Positions 1-9,167 of a stretch of DNA of 64,000 bases are shown here, one piece after another. Under the pieces are notes generated by a model. That model searched no databases, was not told the DNA's origin, and saw only the letters and a program-made list of their open reading frames with translations. Position 1 is the stretch's first letter, and each line of letters begins with the position of its first letter. A program made the translations under genes and the position numbers. Source of the DNA: Bacilli bacterium (lineage in GTDB: Bacteria > Bacillota_I > Bacilli_A > RFN20 > CAG-826); the NCBI GenBank assembly GCA_024695105.1, contig JAILIV010000050.1, positions 6,721 through 70,720 on the forward strand, written 5' to 3'.

Positions 1-32
1 GACGAAACCCCAGAGTAACCTATACGTGCATC

Positions 33-65
33 AAAAAACTCGCCTCCACAAATCGGCGAGTTTTT
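33..65 (-). terminator. Rho-independent terminator after folD (bidirectional shape)
   Basis: CTCGCC (39-44) / GGCGAG (55-60) stem with a 10-nt loop, flanked by A6 (33-38) and T5 (61-65). It lies 7 nt past the folD stop. Confidence 0.7.
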
Positions 66-71
66 CTTTCC

Positions 72-863
72 TTATTTCTTCGCGGCGATGAAGAGGTTTT
101 TCACCAAGGCCAAGCGGGTGAGCAGGCCAACGCCACCAGGGACCGGGGTTTGTAACGCCACGGGGAGATCTGGAATTGCGTCCCCGCGCAGTTTCCCTTC
201 CTCGTTGCGGTTGATCCCCACATCCACGATAACGGCATCGGGCTTGTACTGAAAGCGGTTGTCCAAAAAACCAAGCCGCCCGATCGCGACCACGATTAAG
301 TCCGCGTGGGCAATATAGAACGCTTTGTCTTCTTCCGAGGTCTTGGAATGCAAGACGGTCACGTTGCAGTTTTTTGAAAGAAGCAAACGGGACATGGGTT
401 TGCCCACAATCTCGCTGCGGCCAAGCACGACGGCGTTCTTTCCTTGGAAGGGGAAGCCTTCCTCGGTGAGGTAATCCACGATCCCTTTGGGAGTGCAGGG
501 GACAAACGTGGTCAACGGATGGAAACCATCGACGTCCTTCCCGGGATTCACCGCGAGCTTCACCTTCTTTTCCGAGATTTGAGGTGGCAACGGCAATTGG
601 ACGATTAATCCATCCACGTTGGGGTCTTCGTTATATTCCTGGACCTTATTCAATAGTTCTTCTTCAGAAACCGTGGGAGGCAACAAACACAAAGTAGCCT
701 CCGCGCCAACCTCGCCACAGTCTTTGATTTTCCCTCGCACATAGGCGTCAGAGGCCGGGGAATCATTGGCTTGGATGATCACAAGGTGCGGTTTCTTCGG
801 AAACGATTGTGCTTGTTCGGCAAGCTTTGCCTTCTCTAAGGCAACGAATTCTTTGATAGTCAT
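72..863 (-). CDS. folD: Bifunctional methylenetetrahydrofolate dehydrogenase/cyclohydrolase FolD
   Basis: ORF 72..908 has a FolD-like sequence throughout (e.g. GRSEIVGKPM, VDVGINR). I moved the start to ATG 863 (MTIKEF...) because a TGGTAACAT extended -10 sits 7 nt upstream of it. Confidence 0.9.
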   Translation of the reverse strand: MTIKEFVALEKAKLAEQAQSFPKKPHLVIIQANDSPASDAYVRGKIKDCGEVGAEATLCLLPPTVSEEELLNKVQEYNEDPNVDGLIVQLPLPPQISEKKVKLAVNPGKDVDGFHPLTTFVPCTPKGIVDYLTEEGFPFQGKNAVVLGRSEIVGKPMSRLLLSKNCNVTVLHSKTSEEDKAFYIAHADLIVVAIGRLGFLDNRFQYKPDAVIVDVGINRNEEGKLRGDAIPDLPVALQTPVPGGVGLLTRLALVKNLFIAAKK

Positions 864-870
864 GTCCCAA

Positions 871-879
871 ATGTTACCA
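871..879 (-). promoter_or_regulatory. Extended -10 (TGGTAACAT) 7 nt upstream of the folD ATG; candidate leaderless promoter
   Basis: The minus strand reads gTGGTAACATttgggacATG. No SD is possible in the 7-nt gap. Confidence 0.45.
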
Positions 880-903
880 CCCCAGCGTTTTTGGGCTAGC
901 CCA

Positions 904-931
904 AACAAAAAGAAAAACGGCCTATTGCCGT
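904..931 (-). terminator. Weak rho-independent terminator after secG
   Basis: Minus strand: ACGGC-aatag-GCCGT followed by ttttctttttgttt. The stem is short (5-6 bp). Confidence 0.4.
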
Positions 932-953
932 CGTCGCATTGTCTCCCTGCGCC

Positions 954-1211
954 TTAAGCGGCCGCGGCCGCGGCGCTTCCATCACCGGCGAGAACCGAGA
1001 TGATTAAGGCGAGGAAGAGGAACAAAACGGCGAATCCGAAGGTCAACCACGTGACCACTTTCTCGGAACCCCGTTCCTTCGTTTTGGCGAACACGTTGAG
1101 TCCGCCGCCGGTGATTGCGCCCGAAGCGCCACCGGTCTTACCACCCTGGAGCAAGGAAAGAATGATGATGATCAACGAAACGATGATGAAGATGATGTCA
1201 TACCATTTCAT
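954..1211 (-). CDS. secG: Preprotein translocase subunit SecG
   Basis: Small two-TM protein with the glycine-rich loop LLQGGKTGGASGAITGGG typical of SecG. I chose start ATG 1211 (MKWYD...) because AGGAAGGA lies 8 nt upstream. Confidence 0.85.
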   Translation of the reverse strand: MKWYDIIFIIVSLIIIILSLLQGGKTGGASGAITGGGLNVFAKTKERGSEKVVTWLTFGFAVLFLFLALIISVLAGDGSAAAAAA

Positions 1212-1312
1212 GGGCTCAATTCCTTCCTGCGCCAAATGCGCCTAATAAAGATACTCCGTCCTTACCCCTTTGGCAATCAACAAATAGGAATCGCTTTGCC
1301 TTTGGCAAGAGG

Positions 1313-1930
1313 TTAGCAAAGTTCCTTTAGACTGCGAATGCGAACGCCTGGATAGTCCGAATGGCGCCCATCGCGGTCCAGCAGCACCCCGCCGATGCCT
1401 GCGTTTATGCCCGTTTCGGGATCCTGTAACGAATCCCCGACATAGCAAATGTTTGGGCCTTCCTTTTCTTGGAGCAACCGCAACGCAACCTGAATGGGTT
1501 CAGGATGGGGTTTGCCATGCAGGAACATATCCGAACCAACGATGCAATCGAAGGGCACGTCTATATGAAGCGTTTCCAAGACCAAGCGGATGTGAGAGGC
1601 GGCGTTATTGGAAACGATGCCAATCCGTTTGCCAAGCGCCCGAAGCTTTTTTAATGTGGGAATGGCGTCCGGAAAAGCGTGGATCAATCGTATGGACTCC
1701 GGCATATCCAATGAATCGATGATTGCTTTGCACACGACGCCAAAATATTTCTCGTCCACCCCAGAATCCTTAAAGGACTGGGTCAAATTCAGATGCATCC
1801 ACCGCTCCGCTTCCTCTTCGCTCACTTCCCGGCCCACAACGGCATAACCGGCACGGAAAACGGGCACAAGAGATTCCCTCGTATCCATCAAAGTCCCGTC
1901 AAAATCGAATAAATAAACGTCGAATTGCAT
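1313..1930 (-). CDS. HAD-superfamily hydrolase (phosphoglycolate phosphatase/PpaX-like)
   Basis: N-terminal DFDGTLMDT (DxDGT) motif, an internal SNN motif and a C-terminal GDSxxD. Confidence 0.8.
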   Translation of the reverse strand: MQFDVYLFDFDGTLMDTRESLVPVFRAGYAVVGREVSEEEAERWMHLNLTQSFKDSGVDEKYFGVVCKAIIDSLDMPESIRLIHAFPDAIPTLKKLRALGKRIGIVSNNAASHIRLVLETLHIDVPFDCIVGSDMFLHGKPHPEPIQVALRLLQEKEGPNICYVGDSLQDPETGINAGIGGVLLDRDGRHSDYPGVRIRSLKELC

Positions 1931-1932
1931 GC

Positions 1933-3912
1933 TTATCCATCCAACTCTGCTTTTAATTCGAACATAATGTCACGCAGCTTGGCCGCCCGTTCAAAGTCAT
2001 ATTCCTTGGCGGCTGCTTTCATTTGTTTTTCGATGTCCGCGATCATTCGTTTGAGTTCGCTTCTGCCCTTCTTGGCGGCGGATTCGACGAGTGAAACGGA
2101 CTCATCTTCCTCGTTATGAAGCGGGGGGCGAATCTCTTTTTTGATCGTGGTGGGAACGATGCCGTACTCCTCGTTATAGGCCATTTGTTTCTCGCGGCGG
2201 CGTTTGGTTTCCGCGATGGCCTCTAGCATGGAGTCGCTATAGGTATCGGCGTACATAATGACTTTGCCGTTCGCGTTTCTAGCAGCACGACCGATGACCT
2301 GAATCAAAGAACGGGTCGAACGGAGGAACCCTTCCTTATCCGCGTCAAAGATGGCGATCAACGACACTTCCGGGATGTCCAAACCTTCGCGTAGCAAGTT
2401 AATGCCCACCAAGACGTCGTATTTGCCTTTTCGGAGCTGGTAGATGATCTCCGTACGTTCCAATGTTTTCGTCTCATTGTGGAGATAGGTAACCTTCAAG
2501 CCTTCGTCTTTCAAATAGGCCGTTAGGTCTTCGGCCATCTTGATCGTTGAAGTGACGACCATCGTCCGTTCGCCCGCCTCGTTCCGCTTTTTGATCTCGC
2601 CGATCAAATCAAAGACCTGCCCCATGGTGGGACGGACTTCGATAATTGGATCCAACAATCCAGTGGGACGGATGATCTGCTCCACCACTTCGTTGTCGCA
2701 ACGCTGAAGCTCATAGTCCCCAGGCGTGGCCGAAGTACATACGACGTTTTCGGGCATGAGGTCCTCGAATTCCTGAAAGTTCAGAGGACGGTTATCCAAG
2801 GCGCTGGGAAGGCGGAAGCCGTATTCCACCAACGTTTCCTTGCGCGAGCGGTCTCCGTTATACATGCCACGGATTTGGGGAATGGTCACGTGGGATTCGT
2901 CCAAAAGCAACAAATAGTCCTCTGGCATATAATCGATTAGCGTAAAGGGACGTTGGCCTGGCTTTCGGCCATCGATGTGGCGCGAATAGTTCTCGATGCC
3001 AGGGCAACGGCCGAATTCGCGCATCGATTCCATGTCTTGCCTGGTTCTCATTTCCAGCCGTTCCGCTTCAAGCAGTTTCCCTTCTTTGCGGAAATAGGCG
3101 AGGCGCTCCTCTAGTTCCTGACCGATGGTCTCGCAGGCCGCTTCAATCCGTTTCCGCGTAGAAGCGTGGTCGTAAGCGGGGAAGATCGGATAAGTGGCGA
3201 AGGTACGTTCCACGCTACCCGTGATCGTGTTTACCTGAGAAATGGACTCTACTTCATCCCCAAACAAATCCAAACGGATGTAGTAGTCGTGGGTGGGAGG
3301 GGCAATGTCAATGACGTCCCCATGAACGCGAAACGTCCCTGGCTTCATGTCCAAGTTGTTCCGAGTGTATTGGGCATCCAGCAAATGGGTGAACAGCTGC
3401 TTTCGGTTTAACTCCTCCCCCACGCGGATTTCGAAGATCAAACCCTTGTATTCATTCGGATCAGACAACCCGTAAATCGCGGCGACGGAAGCGACGACGA
3501 TGGTATCCCTACGGGAAAGGACAGAGTTCATCGCCGATGTGCGCATCATGTCGATCTCCTCGTTCATGACGGCGTTCTTGTCGATATAGGTATCAGATTT
3601 AGGCAAATACGCTTCAGGCTGATAAAAGTCAAAGTTCGAGATGAAATACTCCACGCGGTTATGGGGGAACAGCTCTTTGAACTCCCCATATAGCTGCGCC
3701 GCCAAGGTTTTGTTGTGAACCATCACCAAGGTGGGACGGTTCAGCGCGGCGACGATATTCGCGTCGGTAAACGTCTTCCCCGTGCCGGTCGCGCCTTTGA
3801 TGACCTGAATCTTTTTGTTCGCGGATATCCCGCGCAAAATCGACTGAATTGCTTCGGGCTGATCCCCTGTTGGCTGAAATGGGGAAACGAGTTCAAACGG
3901 ACGATTATCCAT
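1933..3912 (-). CDS. uvrB: Excinuclease ABC subunit B (UvrB)
   Basis: Canonical UvrB N-terminus FELVSPFQPTGDQPEAI, Walker A GATGTGKT and a C-terminal UVR domain (YDFERAAKLRD). The start is set at ATG 3912 (MDNRPFEL); the ORF-track N-terminal extension was rejected. Confidence 0.95.
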   Translation of the reverse strand: MDNRPFELVSPFQPTGDQPEAIQSILRGISANKKIQVIKGATGTGKTFTDANIVAALNRPTLVMVHNKTLAAQLYGEFKELFPHNRVEYFISNFDFYQPEAYLPKSDTYIDKNAVMNEEIDMMRTSAMNSVLSRRDTIVVASVAAIYGLSDPNEYKGLIFEIRVGEELNRKQLFTHLLDAQYTRNNLDMKPGTFRVHGDVIDIAPPTHDYYIRLDLFGDEVESISQVNTITGSVERTFATYPIFPAYDHASTRKRIEAACETIGQELEERLAYFRKEGKLLEAERLEMRTRQDMESMREFGRCPGIENYSRHIDGRKPGQRPFTLIDYMPEDYLLLLDESHVTIPQIRGMYNGDRSRKETLVEYGFRLPSALDNRPLNFQEFEDLMPENVVCTSATPGDYELQRCDNEVVEQIIRPTGLLDPIIEVRPTMGQVFDLIGEIKKRNEAGERTMVVTSTIKMAEDLTAYLKDEGLKVTYLHNETKTLERTEIIYQLRKGKYDVLVGINLLREGLDIPEVSLIAIFDADKEGFLRSTRSLIQVIGRAARNANGKVIMYADTYSDSMLEAIAETKRRREKQMAYNEEYGIVPTTIKKEIRPPLHNEEDESVSLVESAAKKGRSELKRMIADIEKQMKAAAKEYDFERAAKLRDIMFELKAELDG

Positions 3913-4903
3913 GCAAATCCCCTTTATCACCTTCGGAATTCTTATCAAAAACCTTGCTGACCAGCGGATCGAACCCTTCCCCATTAATCATGGAAGCCTG
4001 GGTAAACGTCACGAAGGCACGCGGGTCAACCTTACCGATTAGATCACGAAAGGAATAAAGCTCTCGACGGGAAAAGGCGACGCGAAGCAGCGTCTTCTCT
4101 TCACCGCTGTAGCCACCGATGATGCGAACTTCCGTGGTGGCGTGATCCATCGCCTCGTGAACGTACTTCTGAATTTCTTTGTACTTCACGGAAACGATGT
4201 CCGCGATGATGAAGGCACCGAAATTCACATAAAGGTACTGAACGGCTAAGGCGCAGGCGAAAGCGCCCAAAACGCCGACTAAGCCCATGCGGACATCGCG
4301 CATGAGGATGATTCCAAGAACGACAAGCGTCGCATCCATGGCTAGCGCGCTAGCGCCTTCCTTGACGGGGGTCTTTCGGGCGAGAATCACCGAAATGACG
4401 TCCAATCCACCAGTGGAACCGCCGCCATGATAGCAAATGGCCACACCGCCACCAACGCATGCACCGCCCGCCAAGCTGGCAAGGATATAAAGGCCCCAAT
4501 CCATTTCCGCGGGTTTCGCGGGCATGAAGAACTGGGCGATATAATCGCCAAGGCTTTTCCCCTCGATAATCGGCAGACGGGACATCAGCGTGAACAAAGC
4601 GGGATAAAGAAGCGTGGCGAACAGCGACCGCAACGTAAAACGTTTCCCGAGGAAAATGAAGCTAATCACCAACATGATGATCTGGACTGCCCAGGTAATG
4701 ATGTCAACGATGTAGAAATCCGATCCAGACAGCGTGACGAAATGCTGGACGATGACACCGATGGAAAGAACGCCGCCCGTAACAAGGCCCAAAGGGGAAA
4801 TAAAAGCGGCGTCGCCAAACGCAAGCAACGCGCACCCCAAAGTGATCAGCGTGTATTTTTGGGCCAGAAGTAGCCACTTAGGCCACGTTTTCCTAGCCTG
4901 CAT
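3905..4903 (-). CDS. YitT-family membrane protein with C-terminal DUF2179 domain
   Basis: Multi-TM N-terminal part plus a soluble C-terminal domain (EVRIIGGYSGEEKTLL...). Start ATG 4903 (MQARKTW) overlaps the prfB stop. The 3' end overlaps the uvrB start by 8 nt. Confidence 0.75.
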   Translation of the reverse strand: MQARKTWPKWLLLAQKYTLITLGCALLAFGDAAFISPLGLVTGGVLSIGVIVQHFVTLSGSDFYIVDIITWAVQIIMLVISFIFLGKRFTLRSLFATLLYPALFTLMSRLPIIEGKSLGDYIAQFFMPAKPAEMDWGLYILASLAGGACVGGGVAICYHGGGSTGGLDVISVILARKTPVKEGASALAMDATLVVLGIILMRDVRMGLVGVLGAFACALAVQYLYVNFGAFIIADIVSVKYKEIQKYVHEAMDHATTEVRIIGGYSGEEKTLLRVAFSRRELYSFRDLIGKVDPRAFVTFTQASMINGEGFDPLVSKVFDKNSEGDKGDLHG

Positions 4904-6006
4904 TATTCCGCGCCTCCATCTCCAAATAAGCGTCGATGAAGCCCATGATGTCACCATCCATCACGCCGTTGACGTCGCCGGTTTGATAATCGGTTCGATG
5001 GTCTTTCACCATGGTGTAAGGTTGGAAGACGTAACTGCGGATCTGCGACCCCCATTCAATGTTTTTTTGTTCTCCTTGGACGGATTTGAGCTCACGGTCC
5101 CTCTCTTCTAGTTTCCGTTGCATCAATAAGTCATAGAGCATCGACATACAGGTAGCCTTGTTCATGAGCTGCGAACGCTCAATCTGGCACTGGACCACGA
5201 TGCCGGTCGGAAGGTGCGTAATGCGAACGGCGGAGGAAACCTTATTCACGTTTTGGCCGCCCGCCCCGCCGGAGCGATAAGTGTCGACGCGAAGGTCCTT
5301 TGGGTCGATTTCGATTTCGCTGATCGCGCCAAACTCCGGAATGACGTTTACCGAAGCGAAACTCGTGTGTCTTCTAGCCGCCGCATCGAAGGGGGAAATA
5401 CGCACAAGTCGATGCACGCCCTTCTCACCTTTGAGCAAACCATAGGCGTCTTGGCCAGAGATCTTAATGATCGCGGACTTCAAGCCAGCTTCGTCGCCTT
5501 CCTCAAAATCCAGCACTTGGAGCTTCAGCCCATTGCGTTCGCAGAAGCGCCCATACATACGCGAAAGCATTTGCGCCCAATCTTGGGCCTCGGTGCCCCC
5601 GGCACCTGGATGAATCTCCAAAGTACAGTTCAGCGCATCATATTCGCCAGAGAACAAAAGCTTATGCCGAAGCTCTTCGCATTCGGTCTCTAGGTCACTC
5701 TGCATCGCCTCGACCAATTCGAGCATCTCGGTATCCTTCTCCCCCGCTTCGGAAAGAAGGTCATTGATGTCCCCCATCGTAGCGACGGATTTTCTGTATA
5801 CGCCGATCTTCGCGCTTAAAGCGGCATGGCGGGCCATGACCACTTTGGCGGCATTGGGGTTATCCCAAAAACCGTCTTCGTTTTGTTCGTTCTCAAGCTT
5901 TGCGATCTCCGCTTCGATTTTAGGCAGGTCAAAGAGAGTCACCGAGCTGCGAGACCAGACGGCCAAGTTCCATGGCCTTCTGTTTTAATTCGACGAGCTC
6001 TTTCAT
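4893..6006 (-). CDS. prfB: Peptide chain release factor 2 (PrfB), needs a programmed +1 frameshift
   Basis: Frame-0 ORF: ATG 6006 MKELVELKQKAMELGRLVSQLGDSL then TGA (5931-5929). The +1 frame continues DLPKIEAEI..., and carries SPF and GGQ (RSGGAGGQNVNK) motifs. The ORF-track start at 5966 is an artefact. Confidence 0.93.
5928..5943 (-). other. prfB +1 programmed frameshift site
   Basis: The minus strand reads GGTGA-ctct-CTT-TGA-C. This is the classic CUU UGA C slippery/stop context, with an upstream SD-like GGUGA complementary to the 16S 3' end. Confidence 0.85.
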
Positions 6007-6015
6007 ATTCCCTTC

Positions 6016-9000
6016 TTATTCCTTCGGGGTCTCCCCTGTGGGTTTGACTTCGACTTGAACGTGAAGCAAATTAAAGACGATATCCAACGACACGCCCTGC
6101 ATTAAATTGCCGGAAAGTGGCATCGCTCGTTTGACATATTCGTCCATGCTAGCGTCCTTTAGGATCTTTTCCTTGAGGCTGGAAATACCAGAGACGTGGC
6201 GCTCCCAATCTTTATCCAAAACTTGGACGCCCACCGTACGCTCGACAAAGTCGGCCTGTTCGTTGGACCAACCATCGCGACGCTTCTGATAAAGCGAGAA
6301 CAAGAGGCCGGAAAGCTTCTTGCCCGCTTCTTCCACGGGCAACCCATCGTAATCCTCGGCCTTGACGGATCCTTTTTCGACCAGTCCGTTCTCGAGGTTT
6401 TTCACGATGACCGCGCCACTGGCTTTGCCTTCTTTGGAGCCGCTGGCCGCAATGGCGAGGGCGCCTTGGTTGAACATGTTACGGACGGTCGGGGCGACGG
6501 AACGCGCATGTTGGAACGTGTCGCGCATCTCGATTAAGAGTTTGTAGTGCTCCGCCAAAACGGGATCGTCCTTAGGGGCCTCGGGAGCGGGGTTCGCTTG
6601 CGGTTGCTGCGGGGTTTGCGCCTGCGCTTCGGTCACGTTGCCACTGGCTTCGGCCTGGGCGGTTTCACCTTGGGGTTCCTCCTGCTGGGCCTTTTGCTGC
6701 AAGCGGACGCGCATGAAGTTATAGACGCAATCCACGGCGATGCTTTCATTCATCTCACGGAACAAGGCATAGCCTTCGTTCACGTAATCCTGCAGCGGGT
6801 TGGTGTGCGCGTAGGAGCGTAAGCCGATGCCATCGCGAAGATGGGACATGGTGTCGATGTGTTTGGTCCAGTTGCGGTCGATGACGGACAAGGAGACATT
6901 GCGCTCGATGTAATCGGCCTGCTCAGGCGTCCATTCGGCGCGGCGCTTGAGATAGCACTGGTACAAGAACTCGCCCAGGTCCTCGCCGCCTTCTTCCACG
7001 GTCGCCTCTTCGTAGGCCTTATAAGGGAAAGTTCCCTCTTCAACGAAGGAGGGTTCAATGAGTCGTTTTAGCTCTTCGGCGTTGATCAAACCTTCGTCAC
7101 GTCCCGACAAAACGGCCTTTTTGGCCAAGGATTTACCAGTGTCGACGAAGAAGGTGTGAACCATGTCGGTGATGTCGCCCGCGAGCATGATATTGTCGCG
7201 GCGGGTATAGACGATCTGGCGCTGCTTGGCCAAAACGTCATCGTAGTCCAACAAGTTCTTACGGGTGTCGAAGTTACGGCCCTCGATTTGTTTTTGGGCA
7301 TTGGTCACGACGTTTTGGATCATACGGTTTTCCAAATGGTCATCCCCAAGTTGCTTCTGGAACATTTCGCGGATGTTGTCTTGGACGAAGCGGCGCATCA
7401 ATTCATCGTCGAAAGAGACGAAGAAACGGGAATAGCCAGGGTCGCCTTGACGGCCGGAACGACCACGGAGCTGGTTGTCGATACGACGGGATTCATGACG
7501 CTCGGTGCCAAGGACGCAAAGGCCGCCTAATTCACGCACGCCCTCGCCCAATTTGATGTCCGTTCCACGGCCGGCCATGTTGGTGGCCAAGGTAACGGCG
7601 TTCATTTCGCCCGCATGGGAAATGATCTCCGCCTCGCGGGCTTGGTTCTTTGCGTTAAGGACTTCGTGGGGAATGCCCGCGGCGGTAAGCAAGGCCGACA
7701 CTTCTTCGTTGGCTTCGACCGAAGCGGTACCAATCAAAACGGGTTGTCCCTTCGCATGACGGGTTTTGACTTCTTCGACAAGGCCCGCCAATTTGGCTTT
7801 ATGGTTACCATAAATGCAATCGTCGTCATCCTTACGCTGAATCGGGCGGTTGGTCGGAATGACGATGACCTTCATGTTGTAGATCTTCTCGAATTCCTCT
7901 TCCTCGGTCTTGGCGGTGCCGGTCATGCCCGAGAGCTTCTTGTAAAGACGGAAGAAGTTCTGATAGGTAATCGTCGCCATGACGACGGTTTCCTGTTTGA
8001 TCTCCACCCCTTCTTTGGCTTGGATGGCTTGCTGCAAGCCGTCGTTATATTCACGGCCCTTCATGATGCGGCCGGTGAATTGGTCGATGAGTTGGATCTG
8101 GCGCTCGGCGTCCACCATGTATTCGACGTCACGGGCCATGATGTAATTGGCCTTCAACGCCTGGTGGATACGGTGAACGAGGTCTTGGTTCTCGGGGTCG
8201 TAAAGGTTACGGACACCAAACATACGCTCGGCCTTTTCGTTGCCCGAATCGGTGAGGTTCGCGGTCTTGGTCTTGATGTCGATCGTGAAGTCGGTCTCCT
8301 TCTTGAGCATCTTCACGAAGCGGTCAGCGACTTGATACTGCGAAGCAGAAGACTTCTTGCCGCCGGAAATGATCAACGGGGTACGGGATTCGTCAATGAG
8401 AACGGAGTCAGCTTCGTCGACGATGCAGAACTTCAAGCCACGGAGAACGCGCCCTGCGGTGCTGGTGGCCATATTGTCACGCAGGTAATCAAAGCCAAGT
8501 TCGGAGTTCGTCGTGTAAGTGATGTCGCACAAATACGCTTCCCGCTTTTCCGCGGTAGTTTTGGAAGCGAGGTTGCATCCGACGGTCAAACCTAAGAAAC
8601 GGTAGACTTGACCCATCCAATCCGCGTCACGGGAGGCTAGGTATTCGTTGACGGTAATGACGTGGACGCCATCGCCTTTCAGGGCGTTAAGGTACACCGC
8701 CATGGTTGCCGTAAGGGTCTTACCTTCGCCAGTGCGCATCTCGGCGACGTTGCCACCGTTTAAGACCAAGGAACCAATGACCTGAACTTTAAAAGGCTTC
8801 TGTTTCAACGTACGCCAGGCAGCCTCACGGGCAACGGCGAACGCCTCAATCTTGATTTCCTCAAGCTTCTTGTCTTTTTCTTCCTCGGTTGCCGCGGCTG
8901 CGAGAATGGCTTTGAACTCGTCGGTTTTGGCCCGTAGCTCGTCATCGGTCAGCGCGGTCATTTTTTCGTCCAACGCCAGGACGAGGTCCGCCTCTTTGGC

Positions 9001-9057
9001 GAGGCGCTTCAACTCTCTTTTTTCGAGATGGAATATTGCTTCAATGAAATTGGCCAC
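6016..9057 (-). CDS. secA: Preprotein translocase ATPase SecA, with duplicated C-terminal helical module
   Basis: Full-length SecA signature (MRTGEGKTL Walker A, DEAD-like VDEADS). GTG start at 9057 is preceded by AAGGAGA. At 1013 aa it is about 170 aa longer than usual (see finding). Confidence 0.95.
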   Translation of the reverse strand: MANFIEAIFHLEKRELKRLAKEADLVLALDEKMTALTDDELRAKTDEFKAILAAAATEEEKDKKLEEIKIEAFAVAREAAWRTLKQKPFKVQVIGSLVLNGGNVAEMRTGEGKTLTATMAVYLNALKGDGVHVITVNEYLASRDADWMGQVYRFLGLTVGCNLASKTTAEKREAYLCDITYTTNSELGFDYLRDNMATSTAGRVLRGLKFCIVDEADSVLIDESRTPLIISGGKKSSASQYQVADRFVKMLKKETDFTIDIKTKTANLTDSGNEKAERMFGVRNLYDPENQDLVHRIHQALKANYIMARDVEYMVDAERQIQLIDQFTGRIMKGREYNDGLQQAIQAKEGVEIKQETVVMATITYQNFFRLYKKLSGMTGTAKTEEEEFEKIYNMKVIVIPTNRPIQRKDDDDCIYGNHKAKLAGLVEEVKTRHAKGQPVLIGTASVEANEEVSALLTAAGIPHEVLNAKNQAREAEIISHAGEMNAVTLATNMAGRGTDIKLGEGVRELGGLCVLGTERHESRRIDNQLRGRSGRQGDPGYSRFFVSFDDELMRRFVQDNIREMFQKQLGDDHLENRMIQNVVTNAQKQIEGRNFDTRKNLLDYDDVLAKQRQIVYTRRDNIMLAGDITDMVHTFFVDTGKSLAKKAVLSGRDEGLINAEELKRLIEPSFVEEGTFPYKAYEEATVEEGGEDLGEFLYQCYLKRRAEWTPEQADYIERNVSLSVIDRNWTKHIDTMSHLRDGIGLRSYAHTNPLQDYVNEGYALFREMNESIAVDCVYNFMRVRLQQKAQQEEPQGETAQAEASGNVTEAQAQTPQQPQANPAPEAPKDDPVLAEHYKLLIEMRDTFQHARSVAPTVRNMFNQGALAIAASGSKEGKASGAVIVKNLENGLVEKGSVKAEDYDGLPVEEAGKKLSGLLFSLYQKRRDGWSNEQADFVERTVGVQVLDKDWERHVSGISSLKEKILKDASMDEYVKRAMPLSGNLMQGVSLDIVFNLLHVQVEVKPTGETPKE

Positions 9058-9167
9058 GAATGTCTCCTTACTGGAAAGTGCCCGTAAATGATAGCAAAGT
9101 GCGCATGGGCAGGCAACTGCGTACGAACATACGAGCGCGACCCTTTGCGAACACTGGCAGATTCTCG

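Noticed and set aside
3913-3984. N-terminal extensions in the ORF track. These affect uvrB (3984), copA (35830), dusB (44369), the esterase (29285), HAD (29980), flavodoxin (53661), yitT (4957), secG (1235) and folD (908).
   Set aside because: In each case an internal ATG gives the conserved family N-terminus and has either a proper SD, an ATGA coupling overlap, or a -10 box at leaderless distance.
5929-5966. ORF-track start of prfB at 5966 (MAVWSRSS…)
   Set aside because: This is an artefact of the +1 frame upstream of the frameshift site. The real start is ATG 6006 in frame 0.
7615-8595. 326-aa ORF on the plus strand inside secA
   Set aside because: It lies entirely antisense to a well-supported SecA coding region, its sequence is low-complexity (G/V/L/D-rich), and it has no SD. 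This is a typical shadow ORF in GC-richer DNA.
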